From sequence record OP729297.1: a stretch of DNA of 64,000 nucleotides; one strand, written 5' to 3'. The translations under genes and the position numbers were made by a program. Within the stretch, counting starts at the first letter, position 1; the number at the start of each line of letters is the position of its first letter. Under the pieces are notes generated by a model that worked only from the letters and a program-made list of their open reading frames with translations, had not been told where the DNA came from and made no database searches. Positions 46,958 to 56,525 of the stretch are shown here, piece by piece.

Positions 46958-47638
46958 TTATGAAGATGGAGTATGCTTGCGGCGATACTCAGTCTGAACT
47001 TTCGCTAAATATTGCGGGGCACGTACCCCCTTCAAATATGCTCCCCAACCAGTGTTGTAACTTTGGATAACGCAGGCGCGTCGTCCTTTACACTGCTTGT
47101 TTAGTAACGCAACAATCTGGGCTGCCTGATCAACGTTGATACGGTAATCTTGCAGTTCCTTAACAGTACGTCCGTGCATGTTAGGCATGATTTGACACAG
47201 GCCTGTAGCGCCGGATTTATTTCTGACCTTTGCACGAAGATGCGACTCGGAGACGCAGATCGATAGAAGCAGTTTTGCATCTACGTTGTACTTCTCTGCG
47301 GCCAAATCAATCTGCTTGCCTAAGTCAGAAGGATGAGGCAAGTGAGCATAGAGTTGTCGGAGGCGCTCGCGTGTTACATAGCGTTTTGGCCTTCGTTCCT
47401 CTTTTGCAGCTACTGCCTTTTCTATCTCCTTGTATTTGGTTGCCACGCGATTGGAGGGATCGAGTGACACGGAAGATGAAATATCAATGGCGTTGTCAGG
47501 GCCTGTAGACATACTGGCAGATGCAGGCGTTAAGAGCACTGCGGCAAAGATTGCCGATGCAAACGCTACGCAAATCCATACTGCTACGTTCAGGCGGTTA
47601 ATTACCTCGTCGGTACGATTGTTAAGAACAGTTATCAT
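46958..47638 (-). CDS. Lytic transglycosylase (SLT domain) with N-terminal membrane anchor/signal
   Basis: AAEKYNVD..VSES (catalytic Glu), ATGLCQIMP, SYNTG; hydrophobic N-terminal segment. Confidence 0.85.
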   Translation of the reverse strand: MITVLNNRTDEVINRLNVAVWICVAFASAIFAAVLLTPASASMSTGPDNAIDISSSVSLDPSNRVATKYKEIEKAVAAKEERRPKRYVTRERLRQLYAHLPHPSDLGKQIDLAAEKYNVDAKLLLSICVSESHLRAKVRNKSGATGLCQIMPNMHGRTVKELQDYRINVDQAAQIVALLNKQCKGRRACVIQSYNTGWGAYLKGVRAPQYLAKVQTEYRRKHTPSS

Positions 47639-47675
47639 CGGAAGATTCCCCTAGTGTGAAGGCGCTAGGACCCAA

Positions 47676-47990
47676 CTATAAAAGCAGGCCATAAAGGTTT
47701 TTAAACTCTACTTCTCTCCTTTGATGGTTTAGAACAAGACAGTCGTAGTTGTATGGGTCAATCCAGACAACCGTGTATGCGAGCTTGTTCGATTTCGTAT
47801 ACACCTTGTAGCCAAAGAGCTTACCTACAAAGAAACGGCCGCGCGCCATTTGTGCCACACTTGCTTTGCAATACGATTCTAATACTGCGCGATTAGCATT
47901 AGGCTTCCGGGCGAGAAACGCGAGATAGGCTCGTAGATTAGGCAACGGGCTTGGGCGCTCACGAGGTAGCAGATAAGTTTTCTTTGCCAT
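47676..47990 (-). CDS. Hypothetical basic protein
   Basis: 104 aa from MAKKTY. Confidence 0.6.
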   Translation of the reverse strand: MAKKTYLLPRERPSPLPNLRAYLAFLARKPNANRAVLESYCKASVAQMARGRFFVGKLFGYKVYTKSNKLAYTVVWIDPYNYDCLVLNHQRREVEFKNLYGLLL

Positions 47991-48048
47991 AGTGTTTATA
48001 TTACGATAATGAGGAGCCCACGTAAGGCTCCTCGTGTGAGTAGCGTCA

Positions 48049-48264
48049 CTATACGCGGAATATCCAGCAAGGAATGTGGATAAACACAACGAATAGCACA
48101 ACACGGATAAGTTCAATCGCCAGACCTGTGTTAGAGGTCTGTTCGAGTTCTGCATCGAACGCTGTACGTAAATCCGTGTCTTCAACTGCGCCGAGTAGAT
48201 CGCGAATGAATATGATAACGCCCACAATATAGTAGGCGATAAGCACTATCAGCAAATCATCCAC
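48049..48264 (-). CDS. Small two-helix membrane protein (holin-like candidate)
   Basis: GTG start overlapping the dUTPase stop; two hydrophobic segments. Confidence 0.45.
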   Translation of the reverse strand: MDDLLIVLIAYYIVGVIIFIRDLLGAVEDTDLRTAFDAELEQTSNTGLAIELIRVVLFVVFIHIPCWIFRV

Positions 48265-48751
48265 GAGCAGGTGTGGTGGAACCGAAACCACCCTCACCAC
48301 GTTCAGTGTCGTCCAGCGCGGCAACCTGCACGATTTCCATCAGAGGCACTTCGAAGAACAGCACCTGTGCATACGCTTCGCCGCGTTTCACGTCGATGTA
48401 ATACTGTGGAGTATCGCCCTGGAAGAAGTGCTCAGTTGTGTCTGCTTTCGTACCCTTACCGCCGAGGTGCAGTGCGGCCATCCACTGACCACGATAGTCG
48501 CTGTCAATCACACCGAGCGTGTTAGACAGTTGGCAGTTGAACTTAGCTCCCAGGCCACTACGAGGGAAGATGATGCCGACGTAACCTTCAGGTACAGCCG
48601 CCTTGAAACCCAGCTCGAACAAACGAGTCTCGCTCGTAATGTGCATATCTTCCTGCGCGAACAGGTCAACACCAGCAGCCTGACCAGAAGCACGTTTCGG
48701 CATAATGAAGTCTGGGAAGCGGTAGAGATCTGGCATTACTTTGAATTGCAT
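48257..48751 (-). CDS. dut: dUTPase (trimeric)
   Basis: AAGVDL, FPRSGLG, GVIDSDYRG, AQVL, RGEGGFGST. Confidence 0.95.
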   Translation of the reverse strand: MQFKVMPDLYRFPDFIMPKRASGQAAGVDLFAQEDMHITSETRLFELGFKAAVPEGYVGIIFPRSGLGAKFNCQLSNTLGVIDSDYRGQWMAALHLGGKGTKADTTEHFFQGDTPQYYIDVKRGEAYAQVLFFEVPLMEIVQVAALDDTERGEGGFGSTTPARG

Positions 48752-48761
48752 TCTTATATCC

Positions 48762-49220
48762 TTAGTTGTCGATTAGTTCTTTGGTGGAGCGAGGTCGCGG
48801 AGCATACTGACATTCTTTGCCAGTGACGTAGCGACCTGAATGTGGGCCTGTGGTAATAAGAATTACCAAAAGCAAATCACGATGCGTCACAACAACGCCT
48901 TCGCATTTATTTTGCGTGTCGTAGTCAAACACAACATCGACGAACTGACCTTCGTACTCACCTTTAGCACAGATAGGTGAATGCTTCGCGTAGTTCTCAA
49001 TGTAGTGGCGAGACACGAACAGGTCATCGCTTTCAGCGAAGTAACGACGAGGAAGATTCTTTGCATCGATCTTCCATATCTCATTGTACGGCTGGTCGTT
49101 ATCTTGTCGCACAATGACCGCTGGATAAATTCCCCAGCGAGTCTTGAGAGCAATCTTCTGGCCCTCGTCACGTCCCCGTGAAGGGAACGTGGTAGCGGTT
49201 ATGCCTTTAACAACTCCCAT
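48762..49220 (-). CDS. Hypothetical protein
   Basis: 152 aa after GGAG. Confidence 0.7.
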   Translation of the reverse strand: MGVVKGITATTFPSRGRDEGQKIALKTRWGIYPAVIVRQDNDQPYNEIWKIDAKNLPRRYFAESDDLFVSRHYIENYAKHSPICAKGEYEGQFVDVVFDYDTQNKCEGVVVTHRDLLLVILITTGPHSGRYVTGKECQYAPRPRSTKELIDN

Positions 49221-49232
49221 GAGCGTTGTCTC

Positions 49233-49787
49233 CTAAAACAGAGGCAGATGTTTGAATTGCTCAGGAATATCGTTTTTGCCATAAGCCTGAGCAGGAAGCA
49301 GACCGTAAGTTCTGGCTGTCTGCGTCACTTCCCCGTGTGCGCACGAATGCGCGAAGCTGGTCAGCTTACCATCAAGGAAGACAGCTTGATCTTCCATGAG
49401 CATGTGTCGCAGATAGTAGGGCACGTTAAGCGCTTCACCACTATCAAAGAAACCGAACTGCTCGGTCAGTTGTTCTTTCGTGTACGCAAACGGCACGAAG
49501 AAGCGAATACCACCAACGATAGATTTGAGTTCTTCATCGTGCAGCGCTTTCACCAACATCATACGCTGCGCAACAGTCGGATGAATATCGGATGCCGGTG
49601 GATAGATTGCCTGAGTTAAGTCACGCACAAGTTTAGCAGCGCGAGGCTCTGCGTCAGGTCGAGCAAAAATAGATGCGCGATTGAGCATGTCCAGTTCAAT
49701 CAGAGCTTTAAATCCGACGTCCTTGTCGGGTGCATCTACGGCCATAGCGATGTGATTCAGAATGAAGAAGTAACCGTAGCTTTTCAT
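49233..49787 (-). CDS. Hypothetical protein
   Basis: 184 aa after AAGGA. Confidence 0.7.
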   Translation of the reverse strand: MKSYGYFFILNHIAMAVDAPDKDVGFKALIELDMLNRASIFARPDAEPRAAKLVRDLTQAIYPPASDIHPTVAQRMMLVKALHDEELKSIVGGIRFFVPFAYTKEQLTEQFGFFDSGEALNVPYYLRHMLMEDQAVFLDGKLTSFAHSCAHGEVTQTARTYGLLPAQAYGKNDIPEQFKHLPLF

Positions 49788-49795
49788 TTTAATCC

Positions 49796-50107
49796 TTAAA
49801 GGTTACGGAGCATCTCACGCATTTCATCAGTCAGCACGTCAGCGATTTTCGGATTATAGTCATTGCTGGTGCGACGACGAACCTGAGTGACGCGGATTGC
49901 AGTATCGATCATGTCATCGACCACTTTAGTTGGGTCTTCACCAGATTGAATCTTGGCTATTACCATTTCACGAAACTCAAACAGGTGAGTCGAGTCCATA
50001 TCTTCGGCCAACAGGCGAGGCAGGTACTCAGGGTGTTTCGCGTTGTAAGTGGTGGACATGAGGTTAACTGCTTTCTTGCGTGAAATAGTGCGTGACATAA
50101 ATGACAA
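49796..50107 (-). CDS. Hypothetical protein
   Basis: 103 aa downstream of P7. Confidence 0.65.
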   Translation of the reverse strand: MSFMSRTISRKKAVNLMSTTYNAKHPEYLPRLLAEDMDSTHLFEFREMVIAKIQSGEDPTKVVDDMIDTAIRVTQVRRRTSNDYNPKIADVLTDEMREMLRNL

Positions 50108-50165
50108 TTCCCGTTATAAACGTATGGTTAAAAGTGACGTTGAGAGCGATATTGCTCTAGCTATG

Positions 50166-50218
50166 ATTATAGCAGAAAAGCGCCTCAGATCGAAGCGCTA
50201 GTTTGACCAGTTATTTGC
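50166..50218 (-). promoter_or_regulatory. Conserved phage promoter P7
   Basis: GCA AATAA CTGGTC, 33 nt, TATAAT preceded by TGC; followed by hairpin AGAGC-AATATC-GCTCT. Confidence 0.8.
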
Positions 50219-51413
50219 TACTTTCGTCCATAAGCACGGCAGCAACTGCGAGTGCTTCACGGGCTGTGGCGATTGCATGACTTACGCCGCACGTGTGGCG
50301 TGATACGAGCGTAATAGCAAAACGACGATCACCGAACTCTTTGTTATCAGTATCAATCGTGTGCCAGATTTGTTGCTCACGGGTAAGGAGCAATTTAGTA
50401 CGCGATGTTTTCTGAACTGGCTTCTTGTAGCGAGAAGGCGCTCGGCCTACATAAGCATCCGGCGCAGGACGCGGTAACGTTACGGCAGGCAGATCGATTT
50501 CGACTTCCATGAGCGATACGTCAGGCTGCCAGATATCTTGTTCTGGTTCTTCGTCGTCGTCAGGGTCACCGAACTTACCGTAAAAATCTTCAAGCAGTTC
50601 TTCGGTGTCGCCTTCGTAATCTTCGCGGCTGCGGTAATCATCGTCCTCACATTCGCAATCTTCATCATCACAGCTACATGAGTGTTTTGGCACAGAGTTA
50701 GGACCAATAACATTCAGGCGCTCACACAGATCTGCGAGTTGATTGAACGACATTCCACGAACCTGATCGTATTCTTCAGGACGATTCGCACGACGCGCCG
50801 CTTTCAATGAAGCGATATATTCATCAGGTAGCACGTTGCAGGAATAGATGTTGCCTGTATCTTGATGCGGATGATAAAGCGTGAAGTGACGCAGCGCACC
50901 TTCGTCTTTACCTGCAACCTGCGTTGCGATCAGGAACTGCGCCAGACGCGTATGGCTCACTACAGAAGTGTCTTTGACCAGAATGTTCTCCAGACCTTCC
51001 TGAGCAACCAGCCAGATAAAAGCGCGGGTCAATAGCAGATTCAGATCGTTGTTGTTCTTTGGCCAATAACCGCGACCAGCAGTACGTGGGTCAGTGCAGT
51101 ACATAGTCAGTGCTATGTTTTCTACGGCGCGCATGAACGTGGCTTTCTTGCCTTTACGCAGCAACGTGTCGAGTGCGTAGATTTCATCGGCAGGTAGCAT
51201 TTGTTGGCCATCGCCAGAGAATTGAATCTTAGACAGCAGACGATAGGTAGTTTCAACATCAGGCTCGGTGCCTTCGTAAGCTAGCGCAGCAGAACCAGCA
51301 AGCACCGTGTTGGCTACAGCACGAAGTGCATCACGCTGTTCAGCGGTACCAGAACGAAAAATGGTTTTAGCGGCGTTTGTTACTTGGTCGATGTTCATCT
51401 CAGCTTCGGTCAT
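50211..51413 (-). CDS. Hypothetical protein with Cys/acidic patch
   Basis: 400 aa; CSCDDEDCECEDDD. Confidence 0.75.
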   Translation of the reverse strand: MTEAEMNIDQVTNAAKTIFRSGTAEQRDALRAVANTVLAGSAALAYEGTEPDVETTYRLLSKIQFSGDGQQMLPADEIYALDTLLRKGKKATFMRAVENIALTMYCTDPRTAGRGYWPKNNNDLNLLLTRAFIWLVAQEGLENILVKDTSVVSHTRLAQFLIATQVAGKDEGALRHFTLYHPHQDTGNIYSCNVLPDEYIASLKAARRANRPEEYDQVRGMSFNQLADLCERLNVIGPNSVPKHSCSCDDEDCECEDDDYRSREDYEGDTEELLEDFYGKFGDPDDDEEPEQDIWQPDVSLMEVEIDLPAVTLPRPAPDAYVGRAPSRYKKPVQKTSRTKLLLTREQQIWHTIDTDNKEFGDRRFAITLVSRHTCGVSHAIATAREALAVAAVLMDESSK

Positions 51414-51715
51414 TTGATTGGTCCTTCCTCAAGGTCAATGTAGAGCGCGATCATTTCTTCAAGCGTTTGGTTCGCTTTCTTCAACGTCATCAGTTTTAAA
51501 AGCGTGGCCTGACAGACAGGGAGCGCATATTTCTTTTCCGCGTGCCAAGTGCGAGCTAAGTGTCGCACCGCAGCATCGGGTCGTGGTTCAACAGCAACGG
51601 CAAGCCGTATGTTCAACAGCATTTCTTTATAAGTCTGCCAGTCTTGTGGACTTGAGGCGACCTTGTTTATTGCCGTGCGTTGTTGCAGGAATACGTCTAA
51701 CTTCTTTCCTTTCAT
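51410..51715 (-). CDS. Hypothetical protein
   Basis: 101-aa coupled ORF. Confidence 0.65.
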   Translation of the reverse strand: MKGKKLDVFLQQRTAINKVASSPQDWQTYKEMLLNIRLAVAVEPRPDAAVRHLARTWHAEKKYALPVCQATLLKLMTLKKANQTLEEMIALYIDLEEGPIK

Positions 51716-52227
51716 TAGTTCAGCACCGCCACCATGTCATCTTGAATAGTGGCCGCATAGCAATCAAGCAACCAGTCTTTAACGGCGGACTGTTCTTCGT
51801 AGCCCATCGCATTCATATCTCCGACCTGAACGATCTGATACGCAGGTGCATCATCGTCGTTCTCAGACTTAACGCGCTGCAATACCAGCGTAAGTTTTGG
51901 CAGTTTCACATCGTTGTTGATGTAGGTGATCGTCAGGTCGGCGCCTGTACGCTCAACGTTGATTGATTTGGTTTCAACAGTCGGCGCACAGACCAGAGGC
52001 CAGAGCGGCACGGTGTCGATAGCGTCACGCGACACGGCAAAGTCAACAACGGCACCACGCAGGTCAATGGCCTGAGCCAGCTTAGTTTGGCAGGAGTCGT
52101 CCAGTTTGTCAGAGATAGACATGCCAGAAGACTCCATGCCCGCAGCAGGTGCTGGCGCTTTGTAGTTTGCAGCGTTAGCGGAAGAAGCGGCCATAACCAG
52201 TGCGATAGCGATGGAAGTGAATTTCAT
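51715..52227 (-). CDS. Secreted/periplasmic protein
   Basis: Signal peptide MKFTSIAIALVMAASSANA after GAGG; three Cys in the mature part. Confidence 0.7.
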   Translation of the reverse strand: MKFTSIAIALVMAASSANAANYKAPAPAAGMESSGMSISDKLDDSCQTKLAQAIDLRGAVVDFAVSRDAIDTVPLWPLVCAPTVETKSINVERTGADLTITYINNDVKLPKLTLVLQRVKSENDDDAPAYQIVQVGDMNAMGYEEQSAVKDWLLDCYAATIQDDMVAVLN

Positions 52228-52301
52228 TCTGAACCTCATTAGATAGTGAATTTGTGTGTTGCCCGTAAGCGCCACATTAAGAATAGGTGCAGGCGAGGCT
52301 G

Positions 52302-52553
52302 CTATGTATTTACAGACTCGCCTTGCTCTGTGCGGGTATCGTACATCGCTCTTTCAGAGAAGGCGTTGTATACGATCCACCCTATATCGCAAACCTCATG
52401 CAGCTTGTCCGCGCATTCCTTTGCGCTCTCGAAGTCTTTAAACTCGGCTGAGGTAACTTGATGGCCGTTGAGAGTGATCTCTTTCAGCCACGTACCTTCG
52501 TATGCTTCGCCGTAGTATTTATGGGTTGCGCTAAACACATGATAACGTGCCAT
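52302..52553 (-). CDS. Hypothetical protein
   Basis: 83 aa after GGAGG. Confidence 0.7.
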   Translation of the reverse strand: MARYHVFSATHKYYGEAYEGTWLKEITLNGHQVTSAEFKDFESAKECADKLHEVCDIGWIVYNAFSERAMYDTRTEQGESVNT

Positions 52554-52908
52554 GTAAACCTCCGAAGTTTGTCTCTACGTATTTCAGACCAGAGAGTCTG
52601 TGTTCGAAGTGCGGATTGCGGAACGCGATTGTTCCGAATACGCGGCTATTGAACTGAGGACATGCTGCGTTGAGTTCAAATGGCTTAATCTGGGCGAACG
52701 CCCGGATTTTAATCACATGCGTCGCACCCGTAAGCTCGGGAGCCCAAACAACATCAGATTTGCGTACTACATAGAAGCAATTGTTTTTGTCGGTCAGGAC
52801 GATAAAGTCCGCACGTAGCAACATGCGAGTTTTACCAAAAACAAAAGCATCCCCGTGTGCCAGACGATCAGCACAAAACTGTTTTGAACTGTTACAAATG
52901 ACGATCAT
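52531..52908 (-). CDS. Hypothetical protein
   Basis: ~125 aa; start uncertain. Confidence 0.55.
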   Translation of the reverse strand: MIVICNSSKQFCADRLAHGDAFVFGKTRMLLRADFIVLTDKNNCFYVVRKSDVVWAPELTGATHVIKIRAFAQIKPFELNAACPQFNSRVFGTIAFRNPHFEHRLSGLKYVETNFGGLHGTLSCV

Positions 52909-52981
52909 TTTAAGACACCCCACGATAGGTCAGCACATGAATTTATTGTTGGTTATTCTATGGCTTCTGGTTGTGAGCTTG

Positions 52982-53245
52982 CTAGGGCGCCGTTTTATTC
53001 GGTTCGCTTTCCTTGCTGTCACGCACTTCGAACGTTGATTGTGGTACTTGTGTTCCATACACAGCACGGCCAAAACGGTCGTAACCCACAACCACACGTT
53101 CATGTATATCGTGTGATAACCGTTGTAATCTAACCTCCGTACCATCGAGATATTTTGATTCGACAGGACGGAAGCCACGTTTCTCCACAAGCGGAGTATT
53201 GGTATTCGTAGTACCGTATACGGCTTCCAAACATTGGACTTTCAT
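52982..53245 (-). CDS. Hypothetical protein
   Basis: 87 aa from MKVQCL after GAGG. Confidence 0.6.
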   Translation of the reverse strand: MKVQCLEAVYGTTNTNTPLVEKRGFRPVESKYLDGTEVRLQRLSHDIHERVVVGYDRFGRAVYGTQVPQSTFEVRDSKESEPNKTAP

Positions 53246-53246
53246 T

Positions 53247-53549
53247 TTACGCCTCAGTGATAGTTGCGAGAATACGAACTGCCAGCTCAGGATTATTCGG
53301 AGCAAGGTGTTTAGTCACCAGGTTCAGAATATCTGCGCGGCGACCTTTAAAGCGAACACGCATGTAAGCATCAAGGTCGTTGGTGATTTCGTTTACACGG
53401 CACCAACGTTTAATATTCGCAGGAACTTCCAGAGCGCCAGGCCAAATGCAGGAGATACGGTTAGTAGGTGTGATACCTGTAATACCGAATGAATGGTTGG
53501 CGGACTGAACAACAGGTGCTTTCTTTGCGATAGTGGTTGTTGTGAACAT
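53247..53549 (-). CDS. Hypothetical protein
   Basis: 100 aa after GAGGA, first gene downstream of P8. Confidence 0.7.
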   Translation of the reverse strand: MFTTTTIAKKAPVVQSANHSFGITGITPTNRISCIWPGALEVPANIKRWCRVNEITNDLDAYMRVRFKGRRADILNLVTKHLAPNNPELAVRILATITEA

Positions 53550-53605
53550 TGTCTTATTTCCTCTGTCTAGTTATATGAGAAAAACGAGCGATAGTGCTCA
53601 TAAAC

Positions 53606-53659
53606 AGTGTATCACAGGTCGAATATCGCAAACAAGCCTCATTTTGTCCATTTATTTGC
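53606..53659 (-). promoter_or_regulatory. Conserved phage promoter P8
   Basis: GCA AATAA ATGGAC AAAAT, 34-nt spacer, TACACT preceded by TGA; box lies in the last uvsE codons; followed by hairpin GAGC-ACTATC-GCTC. Confidence 0.7.
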
Positions 53660-54619
53660 AGAGTTGACGCTAAAACACGCCAGTTTGACTCTAGCCCTGT
53701 TTTTAGCTTTTGACTCACACATCAGGTCAAAATCAGTGAAGCTGAGGGCCCAGTCGTTTACATCGTCATTGTGATAGTAGTCAGAGTGTGCGCGTAACTG
53801 CATACGATTAGCGGACAGCTTGTTCTGATCAGGCAGACCACGCGAAGGCACGAACTCAGGCTTCGACACAGAGTAGTGAGCAGTCGGTCGAACGCCACGC
53901 CAAGAGTCAATGACACGCTTAACACGATCATCGGTCGGCTGTATGTACTCGTTAGTCATAACCCAGTGATGATGAATGTCGAGGACGATCGGGCATATGT
54001 CTGCCAGCTCTAAACAGTCTTCGAGGCTGGAAGTGATCTCGTCGTTCTCAACGGTCAACATCTTGCGGCAGTGGTCAGAAAGTTTCTGGTGTGCAGCACG
54101 AAAGCCTTTTGCACCAAGTTTACCACTGAGGTGAATGTTGATCTTGAAGTCTTGAAAGCGTCGGCCATATCCCATGTGGTAGGCACAGTACGCATGGTAC
54201 TCAAGTTCACGAATGGAGTTCTCAACCACGTCAGGACGATCAGATGCAAGTACCGTGAACTGACCTGGGTGAAAAGATAGTCGCACATCAAGCCGACGTG
54301 CCGCTGCACCACAGAGTGCTAACATCTTTTCGGTTAAGGCTGCGACGTCATGGCGCATGTACATGTGGAACACTTTCGGGTGAGTGTACAACGGAAGTAA
54401 CTCACTTGTGATTCGAAACATACGCAGGTCGGTACGCAGACGACCAACGTGCTTTATCATGTCGAGTAACGAAGTCAGGTTGTGTGCGACAACGGCCAAA
54501 AGTTTTTCATGCTGGTCAGGTGCGGATAGCGCCGAGAAATGTTTATAGCTAAGGCTCTTGTTGGTGTATGGTTGTTTGTCGTTTGCGTCAAGCAGCTTAC
54601 AGGCGAATCCGAATCTCAT
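53639..54619 (-). CDS. uvsE: UV-damage endonuclease UvsE/UVDE
   Basis: RFGFAC, MFRITS, LSFHPGQF, VENDE, LDIHHHW, HYS, AHSDY, MCESKAK. Confidence 0.9.
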   Translation of the reverse strand: MRFGFACKLLDANDKQPYTNKSLSYKHFSALSAPDQHEKLLAVVAHNLTSLLDMIKHVGRLRTDLRMFRITSELLPLYTHPKVFHMYMRHDVAALTEKMLALCGAAARRLDVRLSFHPGQFTVLASDRPDVVENSIRELEYHAYCAYHMGYGRRFQDFKINIHLSGKLGAKGFRAAHQKLSDHCRKMLTVENDEITSSLEDCLELADICPIVLDIHHHWVMTNEYIQPTDDRVKRVIDSWRGVRPTAHYSVSKPEFVPSRGLPDQNKLSANRMQLRAHSDYYHNDDVNDWALSFTDFDLMCESKAKNRARVKLACFSVNSANKWTK

Positions 54620-54672
54620 GCGAAATTTGCTCCAGAAATGACTAATGGGAAACCCTGTTAAGGGCCTCCCAT
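54620..54672 (-). repeat. Hairpin element copy B (TTAAC loop)
   Basis: ATGGGAGGCCC-TTAACA-GGGTTTCCCAT TAGTCATTTCTGGAGCAAATTT directly before the uvsE start. Confidence 0.6.
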
Positions 54673-54677
54673 GATTG

Positions 54678-55229
54678 TTACTTGCTCTTACGTGCTTGCA
54701 AATAGTTTTCGAGTTGATACAGGTTGTTTACAACATACGGCTGCGCCAGCTTCAACATCGGGTCAACTTTGATTAAGTTTTCCAGAGTGCGGAAGTGTTC
54801 GATACACAGCTTGAGGTCGCCATCGGACAAAGGCTTGGCCGAGTTGTAGGTCTCAAGCGCTTTCTGCGTGGCACCTTCTTTGGTCATCATGTGCACCACC
54901 TTTTTAATCTGAGTAGGATTAGGCTCTTTGCCGTAGTTACGGAATTTCAGACTGGCAGCAGTACGCAGAATGCTGTCGAGCGTGTCGCCGCTAATCATGC
55001 CGCAGTTACGCCATGACACTTTCTTTGATTCGCGCAGTTTGTCGCGGGACTTCTTATCGAACTCGGCGTACCAGCCACCCTGCGTTTCACCACGGTCATC
55101 GGTGTACACAGTTTCGTAACCAACATCACCTTCATTACAACGCAGACCAACTTGCAGCAATGCGTGATTGATCTTCTCAATGCCGTCTGCAATCTCTTCG
55201 GCACTCAGTACGATTTCATTTTTTCTCAT
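54678..55229 (-). CDS. Hypothetical protein
   Basis: 183-aa ORF. Confidence 0.7.
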   Translation of the reverse strand: MRKNEIVLSAEEIADGIEKINHALLQVGLRCNEGDVGYETVYTDDRGETQGGWYAEFDKKSRDKLRESKKVSWRNCGMISGDTLDSILRTAASLKFRNYGKEPNPTQIKKVVHMMTKEGATQKALETYNSAKPLSDGDLKLCIEHFRTLENLIKVDPMLKLAQPYVVNNLYQLENYLQARKSK

Positions 55230-55419
55230 TGTCTTTTCCGTAACTAGGCTTACATGCCCAAGTAGCGAAGAAGTACACAGCCACGATAACAGCCACCAGC
55301 ATAGTCAGCTTAGGGTTGCGCACTTCAAAATAAGGTAAAGCGAAGGCGATGACAACTAACACGATCAGTATCACCACCTCGCGCCAATAACGTTTAGCCA
55401 CGCAGCGCAAAGTTTTCAT
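55216..55419 (-). CDS. Small two-TM membrane protein
   Basis: Two hydrophobic helices in 67 aa. Confidence 0.6.
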   Translation of the reverse strand: MKTLRCVAKRYWREVVILIVLVVIAFALPYFEVRNPKLTMLVAVIVAVYFFATWACKPSYGKDNEKK

Positions 55420-56152
55420 CGTCAGCCGCCTGTTCGTCGTCGAACTTAGGACCAGAAACGAATTGAGAATACGGCATAGACAATTCGTTAATGCTGCCCA
55501 TGATCAGTTCACGGAGATTCTTTATGCTTTTAGACGAGCCGAGAATCAGGCCGTGTACACAGTCTACCATCTCGTCGTGCGTCATCTCGCCGTAGTTATC
55601 GTGGGCGTCAGAGTCCAGCTTCTTGGTAAGCAGAACGCAGAACTCGAACGTCGATGCAGCAGAAGAAGCCAGGTCGATGTAGTGACGAACGCTATCAGCC
55701 AAAATGAGATGCGGGTTATTGCTACGCGTTTTGCCAAGACCAACACGCAACGTTACTTCACGCGTAGCTGTGTCAGGTTGAATACTGATCATCGCGTCAG
55801 CCTGATGTTGGTGCACACCTTTCAGGCTCAGGGCTTCACGGGAGAGTTCGATGTGCTGTTCAATCAGATCAGCAATCTCAGTTACCTTGCCTTCGGTGTC
55901 TGCATCGAAGTAGATAGACGCATGACGAAACTCCTCCAGACAGGAGGCAGGGTGATCGTTCATGAGATTGCGAAACACAAGCCACGGGCCGTGGAAGGTA
56001 TTCGTTTCGTTCTTGGCCTGTTCGCCAATTGAATCACGCAACATGCGATACGCGTCAGCGATCATCGCGCGAATCTCACAGATGCGGTCACGGCTGTCGA
56101 GATCAGAAAAGCGAACGGTGTTTGGATGGCTGCCTACGAATAACTGTTTCAT
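55394..56152 (-). CDS. Hypothetical protein
   Basis: 252-aa ORF. Confidence 0.7.
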   Translation of the reverse strand: MKQLFVGSHPNTVRFSDLDSRDRICEIRAMIADAYRMLRDSIGEQAKNETNTFHGPWLVFRNLMNDHPASCLEEFRHASIYFDADTEGKVTEIADLIEQHIELSREALSLKGVHQHQADAMISIQPDTATREVTLRVGLGKTRSNNPHLILADSVRHYIDLASSAASTFEFCVLLTKKLDSDAHDNYGEMTHDEMVDCVHGLILGSSKSIKNLRELIMGSINELSMPYSQFVSGPKFDDEQAADDENFALRG

Positions 56153-56153
56153 C

Positions 56154-56525
56154 TTACTTCCCCTTAATATCGTCGAGTGCGGTAGTGTTGCCCATGCGTT
56201 TCTGTTCTTTTACAGCTTTGACGCGAGCACGGTGTTCTTTCTGCATACGGCGTAAGTCATTGCGATGCAGACCGAGAGCCAGCAGTGCGTCGATATCAGA
56301 GAAGCCAGCATGAGTCAGAATATGCACACCGGTCAAATCAGGATTGATTTTATAAGGACCGATAAGTGCTATGCGAGGTTTACGATCTGCGCCATTGCCG
56401 CAAATCAGTTGCCAATCACCACGAACGATTATCGTATAGTTAGTGAGGCCGAGACGCGCTGCGGTCGATTGTGCTGTTACATCTGGATCTTTGCTTAAAA
56501 GCTGCAACGGCATTTGTCTGATCAT
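56154..56525 (-). CDS. Hypothetical protein
   Basis: 123-aa ORF. Confidence 0.65.
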   Translation of the reverse strand: MIRQMPLQLLSKDPDVTAQSTAARLGLTNYTIIVRGDWQLICGNGADRKPRIALIGPYKINPDLTGVHILTHAGFSDIDALLALGLHRNDLRRMQKEHRARVKAVKEQKRMGNTTALDDIKGK

